Positions 1 through 10,077 are shown, counted from the stretch's first letter. The stretch: DNA of 64,000 nt from Candidatus Thermofontivivens primus (GCA_031458695.1 JAVKJW010000006.1:9530-73529); one strand, 5' to 3'. A program made the numbers and translations. Notes: a model not told the origin generated them from the sequence alone.

Positions 1-482
1 CGGCCCACTTGGGTCCCGTTCACGATGACATTTCCTTCCGCGTCGATGCCGATACGCCCAGGAGGGACTGTGAGGGGTCCCGCAAGTCCGAGCACAAGAT
101 GCCCATCGCGGGTAACCAAGCGCCTCTGGGCATCCAGCCCGAGGCGTCCATCTCGCGTATACGCCAGACCTGAGGGGGTCTGCACCACGAGGAACCCTTC
201 CCCGACCAAAGCGACGTCAAGGTCTCGTCCTGTCTCCCGGAGGGGACCCTGCTGGAAATCTGTGACCACCTCTTGAATAGGGCCCACGGTGAGGCGGCCA
301 ATGGGAACCGCTAGCTGGGTCCCCTGGAACCTCGCCAGAAGGGTCTCCCCTTCAACCCCCGAAACCACCAGGGCCCGTTTGAAACCAGTAGTATCGACAT
401 TAGCAAGGTTAAAAGCCAGGACATCTTGCCGTGTCATCTCAGCCGCCATCGCCCTGGCCGCTGCGTACAATCCGCGGATCAC
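1..482 (-). CDS. flgF: Flagellar basal-body rod protein FlgF/FlgG family (FlhO-like), runs off the window edge
   Basis: Not in the ORF track. Manual minus-strand translation from GTG at 482 (RBS GGAGGTGG) gives MIRGLYAAARAMAAEMTRQDVLAFNLANVDTTGFK...DFQQGPLRETGRDLDVALVGEGFLVVQTPSGLAYTRDG, which carries the NLAN-TxGFK and YTRDG rod-protein motifs. FlgF versus FlgG is not resolved. Confidence 0.85.
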   Translation of the reverse strand, partial: MIRGLYAAARAMAAEMTRQDVLAFNLANVDTTGFKRALVVSGVEGETLLARFQGTQLAVPIGRLTVGPIQEVVTDFQQGPLRETGRDLDVALVGEGFLVVQTPSGLAYTRDGRLGLDAQRRLVTRDGHLVLGLAGPLTVPPGRIGIDAEGNVIVNGTQVG

Positions 483-589
483 CCCACCACCTCCGATCTG
501 AACGAGGAACCTTGCTCCTGCAACTCCCATCAAGAGCAACTCAGGTGCCAGGAGGAGTTTTCTCGAAAAAGGGCGAACGTGGATGCAAC

Positions 590-2482
590 GTGCGAAGGGG
601 AAGCCTTGTTCTCCTCGTGTTCCTTCTCGCCCTCCCTGCAACGGCCCAGCCGGTCCCTCCGGATATCCGGGGCCACTGGGCCGAGAACCGGATTTCTGCC
701 CTCCTTGCCCGCAACATCATCGACCTCGGCAATGGCGGCAGGTTTCAACCAGATGACCCGATCTTAAGGGGAAAGTTCATCGAGTGGCTGGTCCGGGCGA
801 AAGGCCTTCCCCTGCTGCGGCCCGTCCATGCCTCCTTTGAGGATGTCCCGCCCTGGCATCCAGCTTTCCCCTATGTCGAAACTGCCGTGGCGTTTGGGCT
901 AGTGGAAGGAGGTCGGAGGTTCCTGCCGGAGGAAGCCATGACCCGGATCGATGGCTTCACCCTGGTGATCCTCGCATTAGGCTATGCCCGGGAGTCAGCC
1001 GTCCTCGGGGACGTCTCCCTTCCCTTCACCGACACGAGCTCCCTCCCCGGGACCGCGCGTGGTGTTCTGGCCGTCTCCATCCTTGCCCGTCCCCCTCTCC
1101 TGCGGGAGCCTCCCGCAACTAGGTTCCGCCCCTTTGCCCCCATGACGCGGGCTGAAGCTGCAAACCTCTTGTGGAGCTATCTCCAGGCCATTGAAAGAGG
1201 GATCACCCTCCGGGTCACCACTCCTATTGCCCCAGGGGTCGAACTTGTTGTGGAAAAACAGGGGGCCCTGCGCGCCCCACTGCTTTGGAGGGTTCAGATT
1301 GGGGCATTCCAGAACCAGGAGAATGCCCTGCGCTTGGCCGAAGCAATGCGCGCACAGGGGTTCCCGGCCAGCGTCGAGTTCTTCGACGACTTCTACAAGG
1401 TCAGGGTGGGGAACTTAAAAACAAGACGGGAAGCTGAGGATCTGGCAAGGCGCCTTTCCTCCATGGGCCTTCCGACATGGATTGTCTCGACGGTGCGGGA
1501 TTTCGAGGCGCTCCCAGGCCCGTTTTGGTCCGGAGAGGTCATCATCACGCCTGGCTCAAGGATCCTGTTGGCCCCGGCTCTGGCCAACGGCCGGGTAATC
1601 GGGAGGGAACGGACGAGTGCCATTGCGAGGCGGAGCGGGGCCATTGCCGCCGTGAACGGGGGATTCTTCCACCCTGATGGCGACCCCACGGGCTGTCTGA
1701 TGATCAACGGGGAGCTCATCAGCGAACCGACTCCTGAGCGCACTTGTATGGGGATCACTAGGGACGGTGAGATCCTGTTCGCCCGCTTGCGTTTTGAGGG
1801 AACAGTTGCTGTGGGAGAAGTCAGCATCCCCCTCGACGGGATCAATCGAGCACGCAAGGACGGAGAGCTGATCCTCTACACCTCTCGTTACCATACCTCC
1901 ACCCTCACAAACTCTAGCGGTACAGAGGCGATCATCTTAAGAGGTACCGTCCAAGAGATCCTCGATGGCCAGGGAAACTCCACAATCCCACCTGATGGCT
2001 ACGTCCTTTCGGGGAGCGGACCCAAACGCAGGTGGATCCTGGAGAACCTGCGCCCTGGGGCAACGGTCCATCTCTCTTTCCGTCTCCTCCCCGATTCCGA
2101 GGATCCCCGCTGGGGCGGGGTGATCCACATGATCGGAGGGGGCCCGCGGCTCCTTGTAAGCGGCCAATATATGGGAGGAGAAGGGTTTCCCATCCAGTTC
2201 AGCCACAAGCGCCACCCCCGCACGGCGGTAGGGGTGACCAGGACCGGCCGCGTCCTCCTTGTCGTGGTGGACGGTAGACAACCAGACCACAGTCTCGGGA
2301 TGACGCTGCCTGAGCTCGCGGCCCTCCTCCTCCGTCTGGGGGTGACAGACGCCCTCAACCTGGATGGAGGGGGTTCCTCAACCCTCGTCGTCAGGGGAAT
2401 GGTGGTGAACTCCCCCTCTGACGAGACAGGGGAGAGAGCTGTAGCTGATGCCCTCCTCGTCCTTCCCGCAGGTTCCCCTTGA
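590..2482 (+). CDS. Secreted SLH-domain + SPOR-domain + phosphodiester glycosidase (NAGPA-like) protein
   Basis: Likely GTG start at 590 gives a signal peptide (MRRGSLVLLVFLLALPATA). SLH-like repeats (DIRGHWAE, FEDVPPWHP, MTRAEAA), SPOR-like VQIGAFQNQENA, and C-terminal AVNGGFF / HPRTAVG / VDGRQ / NLDGGGSS motifs. Confidence 0.85.
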   Translation: MRRGSLVLLVFLLALPATAQPVPPDIRGHWAENRISALLARNIIDLGNGGRFQPDDPILRGKFIEWLVRAKGLPLLRPVHASFEDVPPWHPAFPYVETAVAFGLVEGGRRFLPEEAMTRIDGFTLVILALGYARESAVLGDVSLPFTDTSSLPGTARGVLAVSILARPPLLREPPATRFRPFAPMTRAEAANLLWSYLQAIERGITLRVTTPIAPGVELVVEKQGALRAPLLWRVQIGAFQNQENALRLAEAMRAQGFPASVEFFDDFYKVRVGNLKTRREAEDLARRLSSMGLPTWIVSTVRDFEALPGPFWSGEVIITPGSRILLAPALANGRVIGRERTSAIARRSGAIAAVNGGFFHPDGDPTGCLMINGELISEPTPERTCMGITRDGEILFARLRFEGTVAVGEVSIPLDGINRARKDGELILYTSRYHTSTLTNSSGTEAIILRGTVQEILDGQGNSTIPPDGYVLSGSGPKRRWILENLRPGATVHLSFRLLPDSEDPRWGGVIHMIGGGPRLLVSGQYMGGEGFPIQFSHKRHPRTAVGVTRTGRVLLVVVDGRQPDHSLGMTLPELAALLLRLGVTDALNLDGGGSSTLVVRGMVVNSPSDETGERAVADALLVLPAGSP

Positions 2483-2570
2483 GCATCCTCACCATCATGA
2501 ACACTTTAAGGGAGTGCGATTCTCCCTTCCTCAGGTGAAAGAGATCTCCTCGCAAGTCGAGGAGGGATCG

Positions 2571-2590
2571 AGAGGGACCCCGGCAAAATC
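2571..2590. repeat. Partial copy of dispersed palindromic repeat (linker-to-arm junction)
   Basis: AGAGGGACCCCGGCAAAATC resembles AGAGGGGCCTCGGCAAAAGTC (41193) and AGAGGTCCCCAGCAACATC (20354). Confidence 0.45.
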
Positions 2591-2677
2591 AAACTCAAAA
2601 CGGAACGAAGCCCCAGTCCTTCCCCTTGGTGAGACCATGCAGACTGGGGATACCGTGAAGACCGGATAGGAGAGGCC

Positions 2678-5011
2678 GTGGCGAGGCAGGCACGCAGGAA
2701 GAAGACTGGAACACCAGGCCAGGATGTCCATGAGGTCTTGCGTGCCTCCCTTCAGTTCCTGGGTACCCTGGATGTGCGAGAGGTCCTCAATCGCGCTGTC
2801 CATGCGGCAGTCCAGGTGGTTCCCCAAGCGGAGTGCGGCCTCCTTCTTCTTCACGATCCCCACAAGGATGACCTGCGCGTGGGAGCCTTTTGGGGGGCTT
2901 CCATCCCCACGATGGAAGGGACCCTACAAGAGGCTATCTGGAGGAAGGTGCTCCGCGAGCGCCGGCCCTTGCTCATGCGGGATTCCCGATCCGAGCGTCT
3001 TTGGGAGATCCCTGAGACCGAGGAGATACGGTCAGTAGCCGCCGTTCCTCTCCTCGCGGGGGAACGGGCCATTGGCGTCCTCTCCTTGGCATCCACAAAG
3101 CCACGGAGCTTCCGGAAACAGGACCTCCGGCTCCTCGAACTGCTGGCAGGGTATCTCACTGTCGCCATCGAGAATGGACGCCTATTCTCCCAGGTGGAGC
3201 AGGCAAAACGCGAGTGGGAGAGGAGTTTCGACGCCACGAGCGACCTGATTGTCTTGGTGGATCTGGAAGGGCGGATCATTCGCCTGAACAAGGCATTTGC
3301 GGCAAAGCTTGGACGGATTCCCCAGGAGATTGTTGGATTCCCTCTCCAGCGCGTGCTCACCGAGGACGGATCCCCCTTCCCTGAACCCCTTCGCGCGCTC
3401 CAATCCGGAGGACCAGGCCTAGCGGAGGTCACTATCCCACGCCTGGGCGGCACCTTCATGGTCTCCGCTGCGCCCTTGCTCCATCCCCATGGGGAGCGCT
3501 ATGGGACGGTCCTCGTCGCTACGGAGATCACTGCCCTGAAGCAACGTGAGGAGGACCTCCGGACCTTTGCCCAGGCGATCACGAGCATCGGGGAGTGCGT
3601 GCTGATCACCGACCTAGACGGGCGGATCACCTTTGTGAACCGCGCTGCTCAAGAAGTCTGGGGGTATCCGCCGGAAGAACTCCTGGGGCGTCCTTGGGAG
3701 CTCCTCATCGCCCCCGACCAGCACGAAAGCTTCAAGGAGGTCGTCGCCGCAACCCTCCAAGGAGGATGGCGGGGAGAGGTCCGGGGGGTGCGCCGCTCAG
3801 GGGAGACCTTCCCGGCCCTCCTAACTACCTCCCTCGTCTGTGACGAGGAAGGGAGACCAAAGGCGTTCATTGGGGTCTCGCGGGACGTCACCAAGGAGCG
3901 GGAACTTCAGCAGCAGCTCCTTCAGTCCGACAAACTCGCAGCCATTGGTCAGCTCATCTCTGGTGTCGCCCACGAACTGAATAACCCCCTCACAGTTGTC
4001 ATGGGATTCTCCCAGCTCCTCCTCCGCGATGAGACCGTTCCTCTCAGCGTGCGCGCCGATGTGGAGAAGATCTACAAAGAAGCCGACAGAGCCCGCCGCA
4101 TCGTCCAGAACCTCCTTACGTTTGCCCGGTCCCACAAGCCACAACGGAGCCCCATCTCTATCAATGAGGTCCTGGAGCGGACCCTGGAACTGCGCCTCTA
4201 CGAGATGTCAGTCCACAACATCACGGTCCGCAAGGACCTGGACCCTACGCTCCCTCGGACAATGGGGGACTTCTACCAGCTTCAGCAGGTGTTCCTGAAC
4301 ATCATCAACAACGCTGTCGAGGCCATGGTAGGAAGCGGCCAGGGTGAGGGATCCCTCGCTATCACCACCCGGAGGATCGGGGATAGGATCCGGGTGACCA
4401 TCTCGGATACCGGGCCTGGGATCCCCCCTGAGCACATTGGGCGGATCTTTGACCCGTTCTTTACGACCAAGGAGAAGGGCACAGGCCTGGGGTTGAGCAT
4501 CTCCTACGGGATTGTCCAGGAGCACGGCGGGACGATCTCCGTGGAGGCGCGCCACGGCCACGGAGCCACGTTTGTGGTGGACCTCCCCGCCATGCAAGAA
4601 GAGGGAGACGAGGCCTCTGGAGAGATCCTAGTACCCAGTCCTCATACGACAAGGCGTATCCTCGTCATTGACGACGAGGAGCCCATCCTCGACCTACTCA
4701 AGACGGCGCTTTCACAAGAAGGATTCCAGGTTGACGTCGCAAAGGAAGGGGAAGAGGCGCTGGTGAAGCTTGCACGGGGTTCCTACGACCTCATCATCAG
4801 TGATCTCCGCATGCCCCAGATAGACGGAGCCAAGCTCCACGAGATCCTACGGAGTCGATGGCCACACCTCTTGAAGAGAGTTCTCTTCCTCACTGGAGAT
4901 GTCGCGAGTCCTGGTGTCCAGGAATTCTTCCGTCAGGTCGAAGCTCCCTACCTCGTAAAGCCCTTCACCATCGACGAGCTCCGCTCCGCCGTCTCCAAGC
5001 TCCTCCAGTGA
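2678..5011 (+). CDS. Cytoplasmic hybrid sensor histidine kinase (GAF-PAS-PAS-HisKA-HATPase-REC)
   Basis: H-box GVAHELNNPL, QQVFLNIINNA, DTGPGI, FDPFFTTKEKGTGLGL, C-terminal receiver (ILVIDDE...DLRMP...KPF). N-terminal GAF and two PAS domains, no TM segments evident. Confidence 0.93.
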   Translation: MARQARRKKTGTPGQDVHEVLRASLQFLGTLDVREVLNRAVHAAVQVVPQAECGLLLLHDPHKDDLRVGAFWGASIPTMEGTLQEAIWRKVLRERRPLLMRDSRSERLWEIPETEEIRSVAAVPLLAGERAIGVLSLASTKPRSFRKQDLRLLELLAGYLTVAIENGRLFSQVEQAKREWERSFDATSDLIVLVDLEGRIIRLNKAFAAKLGRIPQEIVGFPLQRVLTEDGSPFPEPLRALQSGGPGLAEVTIPRLGGTFMVSAAPLLHPHGERYGTVLVATEITALKQREEDLRTFAQAITSIGECVLITDLDGRITFVNRAAQEVWGYPPEELLGRPWELLIAPDQHESFKEVVAATLQGGWRGEVRGVRRSGETFPALLTTSLVCDEEGRPKAFIGVSRDVTKERELQQQLLQSDKLAAIGQLISGVAHELNNPLTVVMGFSQLLLRDETVPLSVRADVEKIYKEADRARRIVQNLLTFARSHKPQRSPISINEVLERTLELRLYEMSVHNITVRKDLDPTLPRTMGDFYQLQQVFLNIINNAVEAMVGSGQGEGSLAITTRRIGDRIRVTISDTGPGIPPEHIGRIFDPFFTTKEKGTGLGLSISYGIVQEHGGTISVEARHGHGATFVVDLPAMQEEGDEASGEILVPSPHTTRRILVIDDEEPILDLLKTALSQEGFQVDVAKEGEEALVKLARGSYDLIISDLRMPQIDGAKLHEILRSRWPHLLKRVLFLTGDVASPGVQEFFRQVEAPYLVKPFTIDELRSAVSKLLQ

Positions 5012-5053
5012 TCTGTGCGTGGATTGTCCTTACGCGTTCCCCACATGAGTTCC

Positions 5054-8000
5054 CTACTTTCCTTTACTCCCTGCGAGAGGAGTAGGGGTATCTTCTCTCC
5101 TGCGCGGGCGGCTGAGGGGAAGCGCATGCGCTGGTGCCGTGTCCTTCTCCACCTTGCGCGGGTGTACCTTCCAGAACAAGGGAAGGAACGCTTCCCACCT
5201 GGCAAGGATCTCTGCAGCACGCGGGCTTCCGGTCCTCTCCAAATGGAGAGTGACGAGCTCCCTCAACGTGGCAATATCCCCGCTCTCCTTAAGGCGCTCG
5301 ATGGTCACGAGCTCGGGGTTGTAGCGGAGGTGGAACCTCTCCTCTTCATCGAGAACGTAGGCGACCCCGTTGGTCATCCCAGCCCCGAAATTCCGTCCTG
5401 TGCCCCCGAGTACAACAACGATCCCGCCGGTCATGTACTCGCACCCGTGATCCCCGACACCCTCGACCACAGCCACGCACCCGCTGTTCCGCACGGCAAA
5501 CCGCTCCCCGGCGCGGCCCGCTGCGAAGAGGAACCCACCTGTCGCCCCGTATAGCGCCGTGTTCCCCATGATCACCTGCCGGTGAGTTGGGAGGTCGAAG
5601 TTCTGAGGTCGGAGAACGATCACCCCGCCGGACATCCCTTTCCCCACGTAGTCATTAGCTTCTCCTTCCAGCTCCAGCCACATCCCTTGGATACAGAACG
5701 CACCAAAGGATTGGCCTGCCGTCCCCCGAAAGCGCAACTTCACCGTCCCCTCGGGGAGCCCATGGTCGCCGAAGAGGCTTGCAATACGCCCAGCGATGCG
5801 CGCGCCCACAGCCCGGTGGGTATTCTCGATCGTTCCCTCCCACGCCACCGGCTCTCCACGTTCCAGGGAATCGCCGAACTTCTCAAGGATCGCATCATCT
5901 AACGGCCGCAGGGAAAGCGCAGGCTCCTGTGCCTGTCCAGGACCTGCTCGGCCGCGGAGGGTAGCTTCTTCACCGCTTCCCTGATACTTCCGGGGAAGAT
6001 TCCCCGAGGGGTCGGGATCGGCGAGGAGCGCGGAAACGTCGAGGTGCTCCGCTTTGGGGTGAGGGAAGGCGCGTGGACTCAAGCAATCCACCCTTCCAAT
6101 CGCCTCCTCCAGGGTTCGGAAGCCAAGCCAGGAGAGGATCTTCCGGACTTCCGAGGCCACGAACACGAGGAAGTTCATGACGTGTTCAGGTGTTCCCCGG
6201 AACTTCTCCCGCAACTTGGGGTCTTGGGTAGCGATCCCCACTGGACACGTGTTCAGGTGGCACTGGCGGGCCATGACGCACCCGAGGGCCACCACAGCAG
6301 CCGTGCCGAATCCAAACTCATCAGCGCCCAGGAGAGCGGCAATGACCACGTCCCGCCCTGTTTTCAGTCCTCCATCTACCCGCAACCGTACCCGGCCGCG
6401 CAGGCCGTTCTGAACGAGGACGTGCTGGGCCTCCACCAACCCGAGCTCCCAGGGGATCCCGGCGTTTTTGATGGAGTCGAGGGGTGATGCGCCGGTCCCG
6501 CCATCGTGGCCACTGATGTGGATGATATCTGCATGCGCCTTGGCCACGCCCGCGGCGATGGTGCCCACCCCTGACTCGGCGACGAGCTTCACCGAGACCT
6601 TTGCAGCCGGGTTGATGGTCTTGAGATCGTAGATAAGCTGTGCTAGGTCCTCGATGGAATAGATATCATGGTGAGGAGGAGGAGAGATCAATGTGATTCC
6701 GGGCACCGAGCGGCGGATTGCGGCAATCTCCGCGCTAACCTTGTGCCCTGGCAGCTGACCTCCCTCCCCTGGCTTGCTCCCTTGGGCGATCTTGATCTCC
6801 AGCTCGTCGCAGGAGACTAAGTATTCCGGAGTCACCCCAAAGCGTCCAGAGGCCACCTGCTTGATCCGGCTGTTGGCCATCGTCCGGTAGCGAGAAGGCG
6901 CCTCCCCACCTTCCCCACTGTTGCTACGGGCACCGATCCTGTTAGCTGCCTCAGCCAAGGCAGCATGCGCCTCCAGGCTCAGGGCACCGTGGGACATAGC
7001 CGAGATCGTGAACCGGCGCACAATGGACTCGACGGGCTCGACCTCTTCGAGGGGGATGGGGTCGTTTCTGGGACGGAACTCCAAGAGGTCGCGGAGGGCT
7101 GTGGGTGGCCGGTTTGCCACAAGGTCCGCATACACCTGGTACGTATCTATCTCCCCGGTACGCACAGCGTGGTGGAGGGCTCTGACCACATCGGGGTTGA
7201 ACGCGTGGTACTCGCCCCCCTTACGAAACCGGATGTACCCAGGGTCCTCCAAAGCAGGTTGAGAGCCGAACGCCTGGGCATGTCGAGCCAGGACCTCTCG
7301 GGCAAGGTGCACAAGACCGATGCCCCCGAGGCGGGAAGGCGTATCAGTGAAGTAGCGGTCGACGACCTCCCGGTCCAACCCGACTATCTCGAAGACCTGG
7401 CCGCCACAATATCCGGAGAAGGTGGAGATCCCCATCTTGGACATGACCTTGAGGAGCCCCTGCTCTAAGGCGTGACGGTATCTCCTTTCCGCCTCTTCTG
7501 GGCCTCCCTTTGCGCTGGGCGAATCCCCATGTTTTCCAGCCTCTTCGGCCTGTACAATGCGCACAGTCACAAGGGCAAGATAGGGACACACGGCATTCGC
7601 TCCGTAGCCCACAAGGGTCGCCACGTGGTGGACGGTGCGTGCTTCCCCGGTCTCTGCAATGAGCGCAGTGGAGAGACGCTTTCCCGTTCGGATCAGGTGG
7701 TTATGGACCGCACCCACCGCCAGGAGCATAGGAATCGGTGCATGCCGCGCGTCAACGTCCCGATCTGAGAGGATGAGAAGCCTTACTCCCTCTTCTACAG
7801 CCTCCTCGGCCTCCCGACAGATCTCCTCAACTCGTTCCTCCAGCTTGGAGGGATCGGTCGCTTCAAAGAGGCAAGCGATCCTCCGGACCTTTGGGAACAC
7901 CCTCTCAAGCTGGCTCACCATCTCGATGGAGAGAATGGGAGAGTTCAGCCGGATTATCCCTGCGTATTCTGGCTTCTCCTCCAAGAACCCAGACCGGTCC

Positions 8001-9631
8001 CCAAGGTAGGTGTGGAGGCTCATGACCAAGCGCTCCCTTAGGGGATCGATGGCAGGGTTGGTCACCTGGGCGAATCGCTGCTTGAAGTAATCGTACAGAA
8101 GCCTGGGGCGGTAGGAGAGAACAGCGAGGGGTGTGTCGTCTCCCATGGCAAACAGCGGATCTTTCCCCGCTTCGGCCATCGCCCCGAGGACCCGATCGTT
8201 TTCCTCCTGCGAGTAACCAAAGGCAACCTGGAGGCGGAGGACCTCGAACGGGTCACGAAGTTGACCGTCCGAGTCTGCAGGTGTCAACGTAATAGGGAAG
8301 GAAGATCCATGAGGGTGATCACTTGTCTCTTCCCCCAAAACGACCATCCATTCCCGCACCCATTGCGCGTAAGGCTTGCGGCCGGCCCACCTCCGCTTCA
8401 CTTCAGGGTCATGAAGAATCTCTCCCCGCTGTGGATCCACAATCAGGATCTGGCCTGGTCCCAGCCTGCCTCGTTCCACCACCTCTTTCGGGTCAAGGGC
8501 AACAACCCCCACCTCCGACGCCGCAACCACGAGCCCTGTAGATGTCACGGTGTACCGGGCTGGACGCAGCCCATTTCGATCAAGGGCCATCCCCACAATC
8601 CTCCCATCGGAGAAGGCGATGGCGGCAGGGCCGTCCCAAGGTTCGGTTAGGCAAGCGTGGTAGGCATAGAACCCCCGGACCTCCTCCGGAAGCTCCGGAT
8701 CCTCCTCCCAGGCGTAGGGGATGAGCATAAGGAGGGCGTGCACGGGATCACGGCCGGACATGACCAGGAGTTCCAGCACATTGTCCAGCATGGTGCTGTC
8801 GCTTCCTCCCGCTTGGAGGATGGGAAGGAGATCCCTCGCGCGCTCCCCCCACATCGTGGCATCCAAGCGGCCTTCCCGGATACTAGCCTCCCGCGCTCGC
8901 ATCCAGTGAATGTTCCCCTGGAGAGTGTTGATCTCTCCATTGTGGGCGAGGAAGCGGAAGGGTTGGGCCAGGTGCCAGCTCGGGAAGGTGTTGGTGCTGT
9001 AGCGCTGGTGGAAGATGGCGATCGTGCTATCAAAATCAGGATCCCAGAGATCTCGGTAGAAGTGGGGGAGATGGGGAGAGGCACAAAGTGCCTTGTAGAC
9101 GATCGTTCGTGAAGAGCAGGAAGGGATGCTCGCCGGGATCCCCTCCTCCTGGAAAGCACGCTCGGCACGTTTCCGAGCAAGGTAGAGGGCACGTTCAAAC
9201 AAGTTCAGGGGGAGTTCCTCTGGACAGGCAATGAGGGCTTGCATGATACGGGGGCACGTCTCCCTTGCCTTTTCCCCCAGGGCCTCAGGGTTTACGGGAA
9301 CCTCCCTCCACCCGAGCAGTTCCAGACCCTCTGTAAAGATGGAACGTGCAACGTGATCACGGGCACGTGCAAAGGCCAGGGGATCCTGGGGAAGGAAGAG
9401 CATGGCAACGCCTGTCCTCTCTTCCTGGAGAGTAGGGAACTCCCGGCGGAGAAGGCGGAAGGGGATCTGCGTCAAGATGCCTGCACCGTCGCCACTCTTA
9501 CCATCACTCGCCATCCCTCCACGGTGCGCCATCGCGGCAACGGCTGTAGTTGCTAGGGCCACGATCTCATGACTCCTCTGACCGTTCAAAGAGGCAATGA
9601 AACCTACTCCGCAAGCATCTCGCTCGCTCAT
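5054..9631 (-). CDS. gltB: Glutamate synthase large subunit (possibly ferredoxin-dependent; no gltD adjacent)
   Basis: N-terminal ERDACGVGF amidotransferase Cys, HQRYSTNT, EPWDGPA, QVASGRFGV, 3Fe-4S motif CVMARQCHLNTC. Start moved to ATG 9631 behind RBS GAGAGGAGG. Confidence 0.97.
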   Translation of the reverse strand: MSERDACGVGFIASLNGQRSHEIVALATTAVAAMAHRGGMASDGKSGDGAGILTQIPFRLLRREFPTLQEERTGVAMLFLPQDPLAFARARDHVARSIFTEGLELLGWREVPVNPEALGEKARETCPRIMQALIACPEELPLNLFERALYLARKRAERAFQEEGIPASIPSCSSRTIVYKALCASPHLPHFYRDLWDPDFDSTIAIFHQRYSTNTFPSWHLAQPFRFLAHNGEINTLQGNIHWMRAREASIREGRLDATMWGERARDLLPILQAGGSDSTMLDNVLELLVMSGRDPVHALLMLIPYAWEEDPELPEEVRGFYAYHACLTEPWDGPAAIAFSDGRIVGMALDRNGLRPARYTVTSTGLVVAASEVGVVALDPKEVVERGRLGPGQILIVDPQRGEILHDPEVKRRWAGRKPYAQWVREWMVVLGEETSDHPHGSSFPITLTPADSDGQLRDPFEVLRLQVAFGYSQEENDRVLGAMAEAGKDPLFAMGDDTPLAVLSYRPRLLYDYFKQRFAQVTNPAIDPLRERLVMSLHTYLGDRSGFLEEKPEYAGIIRLNSPILSIEMVSQLERVFPKVRRIACLFEATDPSKLEERVEEICREAEEAVEEGVRLLILSDRDVDARHAPIPMLLAVGAVHNHLIRTGKRLSTALIAETGEARTVHHVATLVGYGANAVCPYLALVTVRIVQAEEAGKHGDSPSAKGGPEEAERRYRHALEQGLLKVMSKMGISTFSGYCGGQVFEIVGLDREVVDRYFTDTPSRLGGIGLVHLAREVLARHAQAFGSQPALEDPGYIRFRKGGEYHAFNPDVVRALHHAVRTGEIDTYQVYADLVANRPPTALRDLLEFRPRNDPIPLEEVEPVESIVRRFTISAMSHGALSLEAHAALAEAANRIGARSNSGEGGEAPSRYRTMANSRIKQVASGRFGVTPEYLVSCDELEIKIAQGSKPGEGGQLPGHKVSAEIAAIRRSVPGITLISPPPHHDIYSIEDLAQLIYDLKTINPAAKVSVKLVAESGVGTIAAGVAKAHADIIHISGHDGGTGASPLDSIKNAGIPWELGLVEAQHVLVQNGLRGRVRLRVDGGLKTGRDVVIAALLGADEFGFGTAAVVALGCVMARQCHLNTCPVGIATQDPKLREKFRGTPEHVMNFLVFVASEVRKILSWLGFRTLEEAIGRVDCLSPRAFPHPKAEHLDVSALLADPDPSGNLPRKYQGSGEEATLRGRAGPGQAQEPALSLRPLDDAILEKFGDSLERGEPVAWEGTIENTHRAVGARIAGRIASLFGDHGLPEGTVKLRFRGTAGQSFGAFCIQGMWLELEGEANDYVGKGMSGGVIVLRPQNFDLPTHRQVIMGNTALYGATGGFLFAAGRAGERFAVRNSGCVAVVEGVGDHGCEYMTGGIVVVLGGTGRNFGAGMTNGVAYVLDEEERFHLRYNPELVTIERLKESGDIATLRELVTLHLERTGSPRAAEILARWEAFLPLFWKVHPRKVEKDTAPAHALPLSRPRRREDTPTPLAGSKGK

Positions 9632-9843
9632 CACAGAACCTCCTCTCAGGAACGGTGGAGCCTGCATCTTCTCTTCTCTCATGAGGACCCACAGAGGGTG
9701 TCCTGGACAATCCTAACCGTGCGCCCTCGCGTTGGGCCTACCGCAGAAGGACAGGCCCCATGCCCCACGAAGACATCCCCCTACCCGGTATGGGGACACC
9801 TACACCGGGTATTTTCTTATTCCTAGAGCTAGTAGGCACATAA

Positions 9844-9897
9844 GGAAAAACCCGAGAGAGGGTATTATTCCCTTGACCTGGGAACCTCTCCCTCGGG
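9844..9897 (-). terminator. Intrinsic terminator forming the expression platform of the gltB riboswitch
   Basis: CCCGAGGGAGAGG (aptamer 3' end) can pair with CCCUCUCUCGGG followed by UUUUU. It overlaps the aptamer, the geometry of an ON switch. Confidence 0.8.
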
Positions 9898-9999
9898 CTT
9901 TTATCCCGACGGTGTAACAGGCGATCTCCCTTCGAGCCTGCCTGTGCCGCTTGGTCCAGTCCAGCCCTGTTGGGGCTGCGGAACCCTAGGCACACTTCC
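9881..9999 (-). ncRNA. ykkC-family riboswitch aptamer, probable ppGpp subtype (2a), upstream of gltB
   Basis: Minus strand GGAAGUGUGCCUAGGGUUCCG...CUGGACCAAGCGGCAC...ACACCGUCGGGAUAAAAGCCCGAGGGAGAGGUUCC matches ykkC hallmarks (CUAGGGUUCCG, ACACCG, GGAUAAAAGCC) and has a GGAA/UUCC P0 stem. Glutamate synthase is a known gene context for the ppGpp subtype. Confidence 0.88.
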
Positions 10000-10024
10000 T
10001 CAGGGAACACGCTTGTTGCCTTTG

Positions 10025-10053
10025 TTCATAGCAGAATTGCGAACGATTGTCAA
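10025..10053 (-). promoter_or_regulatory. Sigma70-type promoter for the riboswitch-gltB unit
   Basis: TTGACA-17 bp-TATGAA with a TG extension, immediately downstream of the leuB stop. Confidence 0.65.
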
Positions 10054-10077
10054 GGACTTTGTGCAGAGTGTACGGGA

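Noticed and set aside
20..501. Short ORF-track calls at 20-301, 25-276 and 289-501
   Set aside because: The real gene is a minus-strand flagellar rod gene starting at 482 and running off the window.
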